Positions 8,725 through 18,425 of a stretch of 32,694 bases of DNA are shown in pieces. The translations under genes and the position numbers were made by a program. The notes under the pieces are model-generated. The model ran no database searches. It was not told the DNA's origin and saw nothing but the letters and a program-made list of their open reading frames with translations. Each line of letters opens with the position of its first letter. Position 1 is the stretch's first letter. This stretch comes from an uncultured bacterium (GTDB lineage: Bacteria > Patescibacteriota > Gracilibacteria > UM-FILTER-43-11). The DNA is taken from contig CBDUQG010000003.1 of assembly GCA_965369305.1 (NCBI GenBank), forward strand, positions 1 to 32,694, in the 5' to 3' direction.

Positions 8725-9558
8725 AGCGGCCTGGCGCTCCGTGGCTCTGATGGTGTTAAGGATCAGGGCGGCAACCGTCATAGGGCCGACGCCTCCTGGG
8801 ACTGGAGTAATGTAGCTGGCTTTGTCTTTAATGTTCTCAAAATCGGTGTCGCCGCAAAGACTTCCATCCTCCCGGCGATTGATGCCTACATCAATCACGA
8901 CCACCCCCTCTTTGACCATGTCAGCCGTGATGAGCTTTTCTTTTCCCACGGCCACGATCAAAATATCGGCCCTCTTAGTATGCGCCGCTAAATCCTTTGT
9001 GTAAATATGACAGGTGGTCACGGTGGCATCACGGTTAAGCATCATCATGCTGATGGGCTTACCCACAATGTTACTGTGACCAACCACGACCACTTCTTTG
9101 CCTTGAATCGGAATGTCGTAGTGGTCCAGGAGCTTCACGATGCCCAGAGGCGTGGCGGGTGGCAGGTCTTCGAATTCAGGACTGAGAAACATCTTGCCGA
9201 TGTTATAAGCATGAAAGCCATCCACGTCTTTGGCGGGAGCAACGGCTCGAATCACTTCAGGGACGTAAATCTGATCAGGAAGTGGGAGTTGAACAATCAT
9301 GCCGTTAACAGAATCATCTTCGTTCAGTTCATTAATCTTCTGAAGCAGGGATTCCTGAGTGATAGTATCCGGGTACTTAAATTCTCGGTACTCGATTCCA
9401 GCCCGCTCACAGGCTCGTTTCTTATTACGTACATAAGCCATCGAAGCCGGATTTTCGCCTACCAGAATAACGGCCAGCGTCGGACTTAGTTCTTCTGCCT
9501 TTTTTTTGACAGAATCGATAAGCTTTTCCGACAGTGCTTTGCCGTCGAGTATGGCCAT
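8722..9558 (-). CDS. folD: Bifunctional methylene-THF dehydrogenase/cyclohydrolase
   Basis: ILDGK, YVRNK, VQLPLP, KDVDGFH, SNIVGKP, IDVGINR, TPVPGGVGPMTVA. Confidence 0.98.
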   Translation of the reverse strand: MAILDGKALSEKLIDSVKKKAEELSPTLAVILVGENPASMAYVRNKKRACERAGIEYREFKYPDTITQESLLQKINELNEDDSVNGMIVQLPLPDQIYVPEVIRAVAPAKDVDGFHAYNIGKMFLSPEFEDLPPATPLGIVKLLDHYDIPIQGKEVVVVGHSNIVGKPISMMMLNRDATVTTCHIYTKDLAAHTKRADILIVAVGKEKLITADMVKEGVVVIDVGINRREDGSLCGDTDFENIKDKASYITPVPGGVGPMTVAALILNTIRATERQAA

Positions 9559-9599
9559 TAGGGAAGGGAAAAATAAAAATAGCCCCGAGGGGTAAATCG

Positions 9600-9664
9600 A
9601 TTATAATGGAAATAGAGAAAAAGGCAATAAAACTTTGACAAATCATTAATTTATGCGATAATAT
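9600..9664. promoter_or_regulatory. Back-to-back sigma70 promoters (folD operon on minus strand; orphan repeat gene on plus strand)
   Basis: Minus: TTGCCT (9622-9627) and TATAAT (9600-9605). Plus: TTGACA (9635-9640) with GATAAT or TAATAT 16-18 bp downstream. Confidence 0.6.
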
Positions 9665-9692
9665 TGCCTCCTATCACTAAAGTTGCACTTAT

Positions 9693-11462
9693 ATGAACTC
9701 CAGTTCAAATCCTCCTAACTCCGCCCCAGAGCGCTCATTTAGCACTGTTGATCAGTTTGTCGGCAGTTTAAGCTATGAAGAGCAGGGTGTTCTTAAGTAT
9801 ATTCTTGAGACTAGCGATCCAAATGATATGGCTATCATTCCGCGCCTGCGAAATGCGCATGGTGAGCGCGCTGTTCAGATTTTGGCGGCAGTCAACGAGC
9901 TGGTAGCTGCCTACGGATGTCCTTATACATCCATGAGAGAAGCCATGTTGAATCGCTTGGCCAATGTGCCGACCAGCGACCCCGCACCAGCTCAGTATCC
10001 GGTTGCGGCAGAAGAAACAGGGCAGTGGTCCATCCCACCATCAAGCCTTAGTCCGGAGGAAATTGCCAAAGGGGCAACCATAGAAGAAAGAGGAATGCTT
10101 CAGGCCCTACTCACCCTTGATGACGTAAGTGATATTGGAGCCGTTGTTCAGCTATCTAAGCAAGAAAACTATTCTGATACTCAGCGCAAGGCACTCCTAA
10201 ATCTAGCTGGAGATCTGACCAGGTTGCCTGGCAATTTGGATGAGAATCGAGGCCGGATTATGGCTGCCCTAACAGATATGACAGTCCTTGGGCAGGCCAT
10301 TGAAATTGGACCACGTGAAACGTCTGAATGGAATTCTACTGTGATGACTCCGGAAGCCTTCTTTAGATTTCTGACTGACGAAGGTCAGGTGATGCTGGGT
10401 GCTTATATTTCACTTGAAGACAAGAAAAATGAGAAGGCACTGAATCGATTGCGCAAAAGATATGGTGCTGATGCTATGAACGACATTATTACTCATGTCG
10501 AATCCATGAGCGGCTACCCTGAAGAGGTGTACCGAAAATTCTCAGTACTTCTAACAGGGCGTCAGACCATTTCCTTCAACCCAAATGACGAAGACATGGT
10601 CAGTGGTAATCCACCGAATAGCTCAGATGAGTATGAATTCAGTGATTCCGAAAGACCGACGCCCGTGATGGCCATTGAGATTCCTGAAGAAGCCATTCCT
10701 CCGGGCAAGCAGATCAATATGGCAGACATCTGGAATGAAATGCCTCACGAACAAATGACGGTTGATCAGTTTGTTCAGAATCTAACTCCAGAAGGTCAAG
10801 AATTGCTTCGGGATCTGGTCAATGTCGATGTTCGTGATGCCACGGCTCTATCAAAACTTGAGAAAGAACATGGTAAGAAAGGTCACACCGCGCTGGCCGT
10901 TCGAATGATCGAACTGATGAACAGGGGGCTGAGACTAGAAGAATTCGAAGTAAGCCTAGGAGCGCTCAGCGACGATTGTGTTTATGTTCCTACTTTCCCT
11001 GAGGCAGCTGCAAACAAGCAGCCTGTTTCTCCATGGGCTGTTGTGCAGTCAGAAAAAGCCTCTGAAGATCCACTGGGCGATTTTCTGAATAATCTCTCTG
11101 AGCAAGAGCGAAATGAGCTTGAGCAGCACCTTCGTCAAGGTGGGCAGAATGCTCGCATGCTGGCGGGTATTGGCCCTAAGGTCATCAAAATGGTGATTCG
11201 TAAAGAGCCCGGTTTCGATAGCATCGAACTAGTACTTGGCCGGCTCGAGGCTATGCGTATTGCTCAGGTGGCCAATGGATCCGACTATGGTGGTCATGCC
11301 GCTTTTACTGGAGATGCCCCAGAATTGTCCGATTCACCTTGGATGCAACACGCAAAGCCTGCTTCGTCGCCAAAGCCACCAGCTAGTCCGGTGCCGCCAA
11401 AAGGTGTTTTTAGAAGTACCAACAGCACTAACAATGTGGCCGAAGAAGTAGCGCCCTATTGA
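9693..11462 (+). CDS. Hypothetical protein with about 5 copies of a helical repeat; may continue through UGA into 11517-11927
   Basis: 589-aa ORF with its own promoter; repeats such as TVDQFVxxL(S/T)xExQxxL...LxxxHG. Confidence 0.7.
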   Translation: MNSSSNPPNSAPERSFSTVDQFVGSLSYEEQGVLKYILETSDPNDMAIIPRLRNAHGERAVQILAAVNELVAAYGCPYTSMREAMLNRLANVPTSDPAPAQYPVAAEETGQWSIPPSSLSPEEIAKGATIEERGMLQALLTLDDVSDIGAVVQLSKQENYSDTQRKALLNLAGDLTRLPGNLDENRGRIMAALTDMTVLGQAIEIGPRETSEWNSTVMTPEAFFRFLTDEGQVMLGAYISLEDKKNEKALNRLRKRYGADAMNDIITHVESMSGYPEEVYRKFSVLLTGRQTISFNPNDEDMVSGNPPNSSDEYEFSDSERPTPVMAIEIPEEAIPPGKQINMADIWNEMPHEQMTVDQFVQNLTPEGQELLRDLVNVDVRDATALSKLEKEHGKKGHTALAVRMIELMNRGLRLEEFEVSLGALSDDCVYVPTFPEAAANKQPVSPWAVVQSEKASEDPLGDFLNNLSEQERNELEQHLRQGGQNARMLAGIGPKVIKMVIRKEPGFDSIELVLGRLEAMRIAQVANGSDYGGHAAFTGDAPELSDSPWMQHAKPASSPKPPASPVPPKGVFRSTNSTNNVAEEVAPY

Positions 11463-11516
11463 CACGCAGCTCAGAAACGGGAAAAGCCTGCGCGTACCTT
11501 TGCTTCAGTAGTTGAA

Positions 11517-11927
11517 ATGGTCGAGTCAGGATGTAATGAAAATGAGTTAATTAGTGATCTGACCCCAGCTGAGCAGGCAGCACTTGAAGACTACATGCAG
11601 CTCAGAAACCGTGATGACGTCAGTGCTGTGAACGAGCTTACCGGCAAGCATGGCAAGATTTTTTGGGAGGTGTCCCGCGCCATTGATATATTGGCCGAAA
11701 GACGAAAGGTATCCGTCAACGCCATGTTCGCAGCGCTTAAAGTTAAGTTAGCAGGTGGTAGCATCACGGATGACCACTTCATACCCAGGGTCGTTGTGGA
11801 GTCCAAAATAAGTGACGAAGAAAGACGCCAGAGGCAAGCACACACAGTCATCAACCGAAAGCCCAAAAGTCTGAAAAGTATCATCGGTGGAGCCCTAATT
11901 GGTCCCAGAAAAAAGAAGGCAAAGTAA
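11517..11927 (+). CDS. Hypothetical protein with one copy of the same repeat; same frame as the upstream ORF
   Basis: ELISDLTPAEQAALEDYMQL...AVNELTGKHG. Only one stop (TGA 11460-11462) separates it from 9693-11462. Confidence 0.6.
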   Translation: MVESGCNENELISDLTPAEQAALEDYMQLRNRDDVSAVNELTGKHGKIFWEVSRAIDILAERRKVSVNAMFAALKVKLAGGSITDDHFIPRVVVESKISDEERRQRQAHTVINRKPKSLKSIIGGALIGPRKKKAK

Positions 11928-11970
11928 ATTTTGCTAAAATGATGGTAGCCCACCGTAACCTTTTTCAAAG

Positions 11971-12891
11971 ATGCACCCCAACCACCTTCGACAAGCACCC
12001 GATTCCAAAGAAGTGATCGGGGCGATCACGCGTCAACTTAATGCTGATCAGCGACTCGTGATTTCGACTTACCTACGATGTGATGAGTCCGCTAAGGCAG
12101 CCATCTACGCCAGGCATCAGGGGCTTCTGGATTGGCTGCAAAGCACCCTTTGGCACAATTCACTAGGAGACAGGCAGTATTGCAATGAACTCTGGCAAGA
12201 GCTTGCTCGCGATTTTAGCGATCCATCTGATTTTGAGAAAACCCAAAACCGCCTACACCCTTCGAGTGGAATTCAGGGCTTAAAACCCGGAACACCTGAA
12301 GACCTGGTGCGCTACCTGACTCAGGATGAAAGACATGAGCTTTACCTAAGGCTTAGTGGGCAGCAGGCCAGTAGTGCTGATCTGGATTTTCGGATTGAGC
12401 AAATAGGCGGCTACACCAGTGATAATCGAAAGCGCCTGAGAGTGGCACTGGGCATGTCTCCCGATTCTGAGCACCCATCTTTAAGAATGCAGCCGAAAGT
12501 TAGTAACCCTGGTATCCAGCAGCCAAAAATTGCTCCTTTTAGCCAACGAAGTCCACATGTCCAGCCTCATTTGTCTCCCTGGTCAGACCCACGTCCTAGC
12601 GCTGAAAATGCACAGAGAATCAGGATCAGCCTTCCTAAGAATTCACTTGAGCTAAGATTGCTGGACCATATCCAAACCCTTTCTACTGTTCAGTGGCGAG
12701 CGCTTGTGGCATCATTTCGAGATGATAAAGTCAGCCACCAGGACCTGCATACCGAAGGGGTCACCTCCAATGACCTGCTTCAGGCAGCTCAAGAAATCAG
12801 ACATCTTCAGGGGCACTGGAGTTGTAGCTCGGAGCAGCTCAAAGAAGCCCTGAAAAACCTTCAGGGACGTTTTTCAGGTGTGAGTCACTAA
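11971..12891 (+). CDS. Hypothetical protein, divergent member of the same repeat family
   Basis: 306-aa ORF with TPEDLVRYLTQDERHEL, ITRQLNADQRLVI and IQTLSTVQWRAL. Extended -10 TGcTAAAAT at 11932-11940. Confidence 0.65.
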   Translation: MHPNHLRQAPDSKEVIGAITRQLNADQRLVISTYLRCDESAKAAIYARHQGLLDWLQSTLWHNSLGDRQYCNELWQELARDFSDPSDFEKTQNRLHPSSGIQGLKPGTPEDLVRYLTQDERHELYLRLSGQQASSADLDFRIEQIGGYTSDNRKRLRVALGMSPDSEHPSLRMQPKVSNPGIQQPKIAPFSQRSPHVQPHLSPWSDPRPSAENAQRIRISLPKNSLELRLLDHIQTLSTVQWRALVASFRDDKVSHQDLHTEGVTSNDLLQAAQEIRHLQGHWSCSSEQLKEALKNLQGRFSGVSH

Positions 12892-13475
12892 GTCAGTTTC
12901 GCCGAAACAGACTTCCAAATCACTTCCGCAATCTCTTCAATGGTCTGGCTAGCATCAATCACCTCAATGTTCGGGAATTCCTGAGCGATTTTTTCGTAGT
13001 TTTCCCAGATCTTGGCGAGTTTGTCGCTTTTTTCAAAGAGTTCAAAATCGCTACCTCGGCCAGCAATTCGCTTGATACACTCGGCGGGGTCTAGTTTAAA
13101 AAGAAAGGTGATGTCCGGTAGGCGGAAGTTCTTATTGAGCTCTTTGAGCCAGTCCATATCCACACTCATGCCGCCATAAGCCAGAGTCGAATAAAGGTAG
13201 CGGTCACTGATGACCACCCGGCCACTTTGAAGGGCTGGTTCGATTTCATTTTTGAGGTGCTCTGCCCGATCTGCACAAAAAAGCAGTTGAAGCCCTTCCG
13301 GACTAGCGCTCCACTTATGCTGAAGTACTTCCCGGATCATCTTTCCCACCGGACTATCCGACGTGGGTTCTTTGGTCAGAAGCGAAGGCTTTCCGTTCTT
13401 CTCGAGCCGGTCTGCCAGGAGTCGGGACTGAGTGGAGGAACCGGAGCCATCAAGGCCTTCAAAGGCGATAAACAT
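12888..13475 (-). CDS. tmk: Thymidylate kinase
   Basis: MFIAFEGLDGSG.STQ, TKEP, LLF.ADR.EH, ISDRY..STLAY, PD. ATG at 13475 preferred over the listed TTG. Confidence 0.95.
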   Translation of the reverse strand: MFIAFEGLDGSGSSTQSRLLADRLEKNGKPSLLTKEPTSDSPVGKMIREVLQHKWSASPEGLQLLFCADRAEHLKNEIEPALQSGRVVISDRYLYSTLAYGGMSVDMDWLKELNKNFRLPDITFLFKLDPAECIKRIAGRGSDFELFEKSDKLAKIWENYEKIAQEFPNIEVIDASQTIEEIAEVIWKSVSAKLT

Positions 13476-13524
13476 AGGCAAAAAAGTGATGATGCTTCAT
13501 ACCTTAGCATTAATTCCGACCAAG

Positions 13525-13533
13525 TGGTATAAT
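13525..13533 (+). promoter_or_regulatory. Extended -10 promoter element for the lipoprotein gene
   Basis: TGgTATAAT 24 nt upstream of ATG 13558. Confidence 0.55.
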
Positions 13534-13557
13534 TTGGCCACTTTAATCCTTGGAGTC

Positions 13558-15006
13558 ATGAAAAAGAAATTCATTTATTTGATCATTCTGATTCTGCCAC
13601 TGGCCCTTTTGACCGCCTGTGGGAAAAAAGAACGTCCTAGCCTGGATGACCGTATTGGCGGTGTGAGCACGGAAAGTGAAAGCTATGAAGGAACCCTGGA
13701 AAGGCTTGAAATGCTCGATGTTTATCAGCAAGGCACGCATCAGCTAGATACAGGAGGTGTGGGAGTGGTTATTCTTCAGAGCCCTACCATCGACCTCAAT
13801 CGCTACCTTGATGAAGAAGTGCTGGTAAAGGGCTTCATCGAAAAGGGGATTGGGGATGCTAAAGATGTTTTTACAGTGACCGAAATCTCGTATGTTGATG
13901 AAACCAAGTCGGTCGAACTAGAAGACTACGAAAACAAGCTCTTTGGCTTTCAGTTCAGTCACCCAAATAGTTGGCTCCTCGATGAGGGAACCGGCGATCT
14001 GGGCCTCAAGTTTGAAGAAAAAGAAGTCGTCAGCATTGCCGTATTTTCCGACGAAACAGACCTCGATGGTTTTGCTTCCGGCCGGGAAGACACTGACCCT
14101 AAAGAGGTAACCGTTGGTTCCCAGCGGTCCCTGCGCTTTGTTTCGGGGGGTGAGCTTGGCTTCTATGTGCCAAATCCACCCAAAAAGAAGGTCTATCTGA
14201 TCAAATACAGTCCTAGTATTAATGCGGTGGATGATGAAAAGGGGGCCGAGGCTCAGCGTGAGCTTTTTTACGACCTTCTCGATAGTTTTGAGCTGATTTA
14301 TACCAGCCAGCCACAAGGCGAAAAATGTGGTGGGCTTCAGCAGGTAGAATGCGCGGAGGAGCACATCTGTCAGCTCGAAAGTGACGGCAAGTATGCCGAA
14401 GGAGTTTGCGTGCCGATAAATGGTGAGGCAGGTGAAGCCAGTTGTCCGTTCATTGCGCCACCGACCAGCTGCGAGGAGTATCGTATTTCGGAATACAGCC
14501 AAAAGGGCTGCCCAAGTCGCTACGAATGTGTGGGTGAAGGAACGCAGACCGAGTCTGCTTCCTTCCGAGATCTGAATGTGGTGGATGCTGGCAAGAAGCC
14601 GGAGGATCTTGAGGAAGAATCTGAAGAAGGGGAGGATGAAAGCGAGGTGGTGGTCATGGAAAAAGACGAAGAAGATGAGAGTGGGCAAGAGGCTGATTAT
14701 GATGTTCCCGATACCTCTTCGGTAACCGCGCTTTATGTGAATGAACGAAAAGGCTTCAGCCTGCTCATGCCAAAAACCTGGTACTACGCTAGTTTTGGCC
14801 CGGTTGATGGCACGCTCTGGAAGGTAGGTTTTGCTGATGGCGCCCTTGAAGAAGCAGATCAGTCTGTTATCACCATGAGTCTTATGGAAAAGCCTGGTGG
14901 AAGCGCCTACAAGAAGATTGATGAACTCTATTATGTCTTTGATGGTCCGGCGGACCTTACGGATGTCATGGAGAAGATGGCTTCTTCCGTGGAGCTGACC
15001 GAGTAA
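13558..15006 (+). CDS. Acidic lipoprotein with two PsbP-like segments and a Cys-rich module
   Basis: MKKK-hydrophobic-LTAC lipobox from ATG 13558; YENKLFGFQFSHPNSW and YVNERKGFSLLMPKTW; 8 clustered Cys. Confidence 0.75.
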   Translation: MKKKFIYLIILILPLALLTACGKKERPSLDDRIGGVSTESESYEGTLERLEMLDVYQQGTHQLDTGGVGVVILQSPTIDLNRYLDEEVLVKGFIEKGIGDAKDVFTVTEISYVDETKSVELEDYENKLFGFQFSHPNSWLLDEGTGDLGLKFEEKEVVSIAVFSDETDLDGFASGREDTDPKEVTVGSQRSLRFVSGGELGFYVPNPPKKKVYLIKYSPSINAVDDEKGAEAQRELFYDLLDSFELIYTSQPQGEKCGGLQQVECAEEHICQLESDGKYAEGVCVPINGEAGEASCPFIAPPTSCEEYRISEYSQKGCPSRYECVGEGTQTESASFRDLNVVDAGKKPEDLEEESEEGEDESEVVVMEKDEEDESGQEADYDVPDTSSVTALYVNERKGFSLLMPKTWYYASFGPVDGTLWKVGFADGALEEADQSVITMSLMEKPGGSAYKKIDELYYVFDGPADLTDVMEKMASSVELTE

Positions 15007-15012
15007 TCCAGC

Positions 15013-15041
15013 TTTACATAGCAAGTCTCCTTTGATAGTCT
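15013..15041 (+). promoter_or_regulatory. Putative sigma70 promoter of infB
   Basis: TTTACA-17 bp-TAGTCT. Confidence 0.45.
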
Positions 15042-15074
15042 TTTTGGGCTTGAAAGCGAAATAATCCTCCTTCG

Positions 15075-17579
15075 ATGCACTTAAATGAAATGGCCAGAGA
15101 ACTTCAGATCACGACGCAACAACTGCGTCGGGAGCTTGCCAAAACCAATTTCGGCATCAGTCCCAGTGCGCATGAAATAGACGATGCGCTTAGTGCAGGG
15201 ATCATTCGTTTCTTGAAAGGAAGGATCAAGCCAACCCTCAAAAACAGGCGAGTGGCCGTCATCATGAAGGACGGAAAAGTGGCTAAAAAGAAGGAGGAAA
15301 AAGCAGAGGAAAAAGAGGAGGAGAAAAAGCCAAAGCGCGCTATGACCAAAAAGGAGCGTGAAGAAATGGAGGCGAAGGCCAGAAAGGAAGCCGGAGAAGA
15401 TGAAGCTGAGGCTCCAAAAAGAGACCGGAGCTATGTTCCTAAAAATGAACCCCGAAGCGCTTCCGGAAAAAAGCCCTCAGTCCATGTTTCCAGGAGAATC
15501 GAAGTGGAAGCTGGGTCAAAGAAGGCTGATACATCTGAGCTGCCAAAAACCTACTACAAGAGCAAAAAGAAGAGGCGTGGAAAGCGCGGAGGGCATCAGG
15601 AAGAGGAGCTCGAGGTTATTCGCCGTCACCCAGGCCGCAAGGTCAAAATTTCCAGGGTGAACTATCAGGAGGAAATGGCTGACGAGCTTAGCGCCGAAGA
15701 AATCGAGATCATGAAGGAGCAGGACCGCGAGCACTTCAAGGCTCAGAAGAAGCACCGCGCCAGCTCTCAAAAGCGCGGACCTAAGGAGCAGCCACAGATC
15801 AAGGCTAAGACCGGCATCGTTGAAATTCCGTCCATCTTGAGTCTTAAGGAATTTGCTGAAAAAACTGGTTTGCCGGTCACCAGTGTGATTGCCACATTGC
15901 TGAAAAACGGCGTGATGGCCACCATCAACCAGAAGCTCGACTACGACACAGCCGAGATCGTGGCAGTGGAACTTGGCGTGGAAATTAAGAAGCAGGAAGA
16001 GGAAGCAGATGTTGAAGATCTCTTTGAAGGAGATCTGAGCAAGTTGCTTCAGGATGACAAGCAAAACCTCGAAACCCGTCCGCCTATCATCAGTATCATG
16101 GGTCACGTAGACCACGGTAAGACCAAACTTCTGGATTACATCCGAAAGGCCAATGTGGTAGCCAGTGAGTCAGGTGGAATCACTCAGCACATCGGAGCTT
16201 ATCAGGTGGAAAAGAACGGCAAACTCATTACCTTTCTCGATACGCCAGGTCACGAAGCTTTCACCAGCATGCGTGCCCGTGGAGCTAAGGCAACCGACAT
16301 TGCCATTTTGGTGGTGGCCGCTGATGAAGGAGTGAAGCCTCAGACCATCGAAGCCCTGAACCACGCTAAAGAAGCAGGCATCCCGATCATTGTTGCCATC
16401 AACAAGATCGACAAGCCCAATGCAAATCCGGAAAAGGTGAAGGGTGAACTCGTGGAGCACGGCCTTCAGGCGGAAGACTGGGGAGGAAAAACCATCATGG
16501 TGCCGGTATCTGCGCACACAGGTGATGGAATAGACAGCCTTCTTGAAATGATTCTGCTGGTCGCTGAAGTGGAAGATCTTAAAGCCAATCCAAAGCGCCA
16601 GGCAGTAGGAACCGTTGTTGAATCCCACCTTGATAAAGCACTTGGACCTGTCGCTACTATTTTGGTCAATACGGGTACCCTGCAAGTTGGTGATAGTGTG
16701 GTGGTGGGGACCTCCACAGGTAAGATCAAAGCCATGCACGATCACACAGGAGCGGGTCAAAAGTCCGCACGTCCTTCCGCAGCGGTATTGATTTCAGGAC
16801 TTTCTAAGGTGCCGCATGCCGGTGATATTCTTCAAGCCTTCAAGTCCGAAAAGGTTGCCAAGGAGCGAGCTGAGAAGCTGAAGATCATGATGGCAGAGCG
16901 TGAAGAGCGTATGAGTGGAAGTATGGTAGAGCGCCTTGTTTCTGGGATCAGCTCAGGAGAAATCAAGTTCCTCAAGATGGTGCTTAAGGCCGATACAAAG
17001 GGTAGTCTGGAGGCCATTATGCAGGCACTTCAAAAGGTCAAGGGGTCGGATGTGGCGGTTAAAGTCATTCACTTCGGTGTAGGGAATTTTTCCGATACCG
17101 ACGTTGTCATGGCTGCTGCATCGCAGGCGCTACTGGTTGGATTCCATGTTAAAGCCAGTGCTCATGTGAATAAGCTGGCCGAAAAGGAGCACGTTGATAT
17201 CAAGAACTACGAAATCATCTACAAGCTGATTGAGGATACTAAGGCTATCCTTTCCGGAATGCTTGAGCCGGAAATCAATGTGATCGAACTTGGTAAGATT
17301 GAAATCAAGGAAATCTTCCTCAACAAGAAGAAATGGGTCATTGCCGGTGGTAAAGTGACCGATGGTAAAGCCCAGGCAGATGCCATGGTCAGAGTCACAC
17401 GTGGTGAAGAGACTCTGTTCGAAACCAAGCTTGAATCCCTCAAGCATGTGAAGGAAGACGTGAAGGAGCTCGAAAAGGGATCTGACTGTGGGATTAAGAT
17501 TTCAACCCCTAAACCGATTGAACCGGGTGATGTGCTTGAAATATTCAAGGTTGAGAAGATTGAACGCCACCTCGATTAG
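15075..17579 (+). CDS. infB: Translation initiation factor IF-2
   Basis: [48 protein letters not shown]; long charged N-terminus. Confidence 0.98.
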   Translation: MHLNEMARELQITTQQLRRELAKTNFGISPSAHEIDDALSAGIIRFLKGRIKPTLKNRRVAVIMKDGKVAKKKEEKAEEKEEEKKPKRAMTKKEREEMEAKARKEAGEDEAEAPKRDRSYVPKNEPRSASGKKPSVHVSRRIEVEAGSKKADTSELPKTYYKSKKKRRGKRGGHQEEELEVIRRHPGRKVKISRVNYQEEMADELSAEEIEIMKEQDREHFKAQKKHRASSQKRGPKEQPQIKAKTGIVEIPSILSLKEFAEKTGLPVTSVIATLLKNGVMATINQKLDYDTAEIVAVELGVEIKKQEEEADVEDLFEGDLSKLLQDDKQNLETRPPIISIMGHVDHGKTKLLDYIRKANVVASESGGITQHIGAYQVEKNGKLITFLDTPGHEAFTSMRARGAKATDIAILVVAADEGVKPQTIEALNHAKEAGIPIIVAINKIDKPNANPEKVKGELVEHGLQAEDWGGKTIMVPVSAHTGDGIDSLLEMILLVAEVEDLKANPKRQAVGTVVESHLDKALGPVATILVNTGTLQVGDSVVVGTSTGKIKAMHDHTGAGQKSARPSAAVLISGLSKVPHAGDILQAFKSEKVAKERAEKLKIMMAEREERMSGSMVERLVSGISSGEIKFLKMVLKADTKGSLEAIMQALQKVKGSDVAVKVIHFGVGNFSDTDVVMAAASQALLVGFHVKASAHVNKLAEKEHVDIKNYEIIYKLIEDTKAILSGMLEPEINVIELGKIEIKEIFLNKKKWVIAGGKVTDGKAQADAMVRVTRGEETLFETKLESLKHVKEDVKELEKGSDCGIKISTPKPIEPGDVLEIFKVEKIERHLD

Positions 17580-17600
17580 GCTTAAATTAAGTGATGCGGC

Positions 17601-17629
17601 TTGAGCTTATGAGCTTTTTTTGGTATAAT
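17601..17629 (+). promoter_or_regulatory. Sigma70 promoter of the two small orphan genes
   Basis: TTGAGC-17 bp-TATAAT with extended TG. Confidence 0.65.
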
Positions 17630-17651
17630 AACCAGATTAACCAAAAAGAAA

Positions 17652-17939
17652 ATGGGTAACCCTGAAAAAGCAAGCAGTGCTCCAGCCAATGACAATGATA
17701 AAAGTGTAGGCGATTGGCTGAACGACAACCTTCCTCTCAATGAGGCTGAAATCCTATTCAGAGACGCAACCAGGAAGCTGGGGGAAATCGGCGAAGATTT
17801 GGTTGATGGTGCACCGACACCTCCTGATTCCGTCGAAGATGCGGTGGATGACATGGGTAAAAAGTCAGGCCTCGGCCCCGGAGCAGCGATTGATGCTGCC
17901 CGCAAACACCAGCAAAACATTGATCAGGCTGGGAAATAA
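17652..17939 (+). CDS. Hypothetical protein (95 aa)
   Basis: ORF right after the promoter, with an A-rich leader; fills the intergenic space; N-terminus resembles the next gene. Confidence 0.65.
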   Translation: MGNPEKASSAPANDNDKSVGDWLNDNLPLNEAEILFRDATRKLGEIGEDLVDGAPTPPDSVEDAVDDMGKKSGLGPGAAIDAARKHQQNIDQAGK

Positions 17940-17954
17940 GTAATCAAAAAGAAA

Positions 17955-18425
17955 ATGGCCAATCCAGGAAAAACCTCAGCAGAGAAAACCAGCCCCATTG
18001 AAGAGGGCATAGAGTACGGTGTTGGAAAGCTAATCGATTTCTTTGGAGATGATTTAGCTGGCGATAACAAGCAGTTCAAAAAGGCCATGAGCACACCCGA
18101 AGGTAAAAAGATGATCAAAAAGATGGCTGCCAAGGCCATTGTGGATGTTCTTGCTGCGGGAGCGCCAACGGACGATGAAGGCAAACCTATTCATACCACC
18201 CGGGCTGCTCAAATAGAAGCAGGGCTGGGAACACTTATTTCAGACATGGCTATGGAGGCATCCAGTGCTGGCAAAATAAAGCACAACGTGGTGCATATTC
18301 GGGAAAATGCCAGAGATCTCAAAAGGCAGGTTAATAAAGAAATTGAGGGAATCATTTACGACGCCCAAGAGCCTCTCCGGGAGGCAGAAAAACTCCTTCA
18401 TAAGGCGGCTAACTGGCTTTCTTAA
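17955..18425 (+). CDS. Hypothetical helical protein (156 aa)
   Basis: Same caaaaagaaaATGG initiation context as the previous gene; convergent 4-bp overlap with dipZ. Confidence 0.7.
   Translation: MANPGKTSAEKTSPIEEGIEYGVGKLIDFFGDDLAGDNKQFKKAMSTPEGKKMIKKMAAKAIVDVLAAGAPTDDEGKPIHTTRAAQIEAGLGTLISDMAMEASSAGKIKHNVVHIRENARDLKRQVNKEIEGIIYDAQEPLREAEKLLHKAANWLS

Noticed and set aside
11460-11500. Selenocysteine insertion (UGA plus SECIS)
   Set aside because: The downstream stem is weak and unlike a clear bacterial SECIS, the context is not a redox motif, and no sel genes are in the window.
11466-11609. 13-nt direct repeat gcagctcagaaac (11466 and 11597)
   Set aside because: Only two copies, in different frames, with no associated structure; plausible by chance.
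11901-11927. PRKKKAK C-terminus as a nuclear localisation signal
   Set aside because: Short basic tails are common in bacterial proteins; nothing here indicates a eukaryotic host or secretion.
13432-13557. Longer listed starts (13432, also 20110, 21797, 23679, 25030)
   Set aside because: They overlap neighbouring genes or promoters, or use weak start codons; downstream starts fit the lipobox, family N-termini or SD better.
13918-15024. 368-aa antisense ORF and other shadow ORFs (e.g. 15516-16115, 16170-16760, 4573-4905, 29501-30061)
   Set aside because: They lie opposite well-supported genes, have no recognisable motifs and are explained by codon bias or low-complexity repeats.
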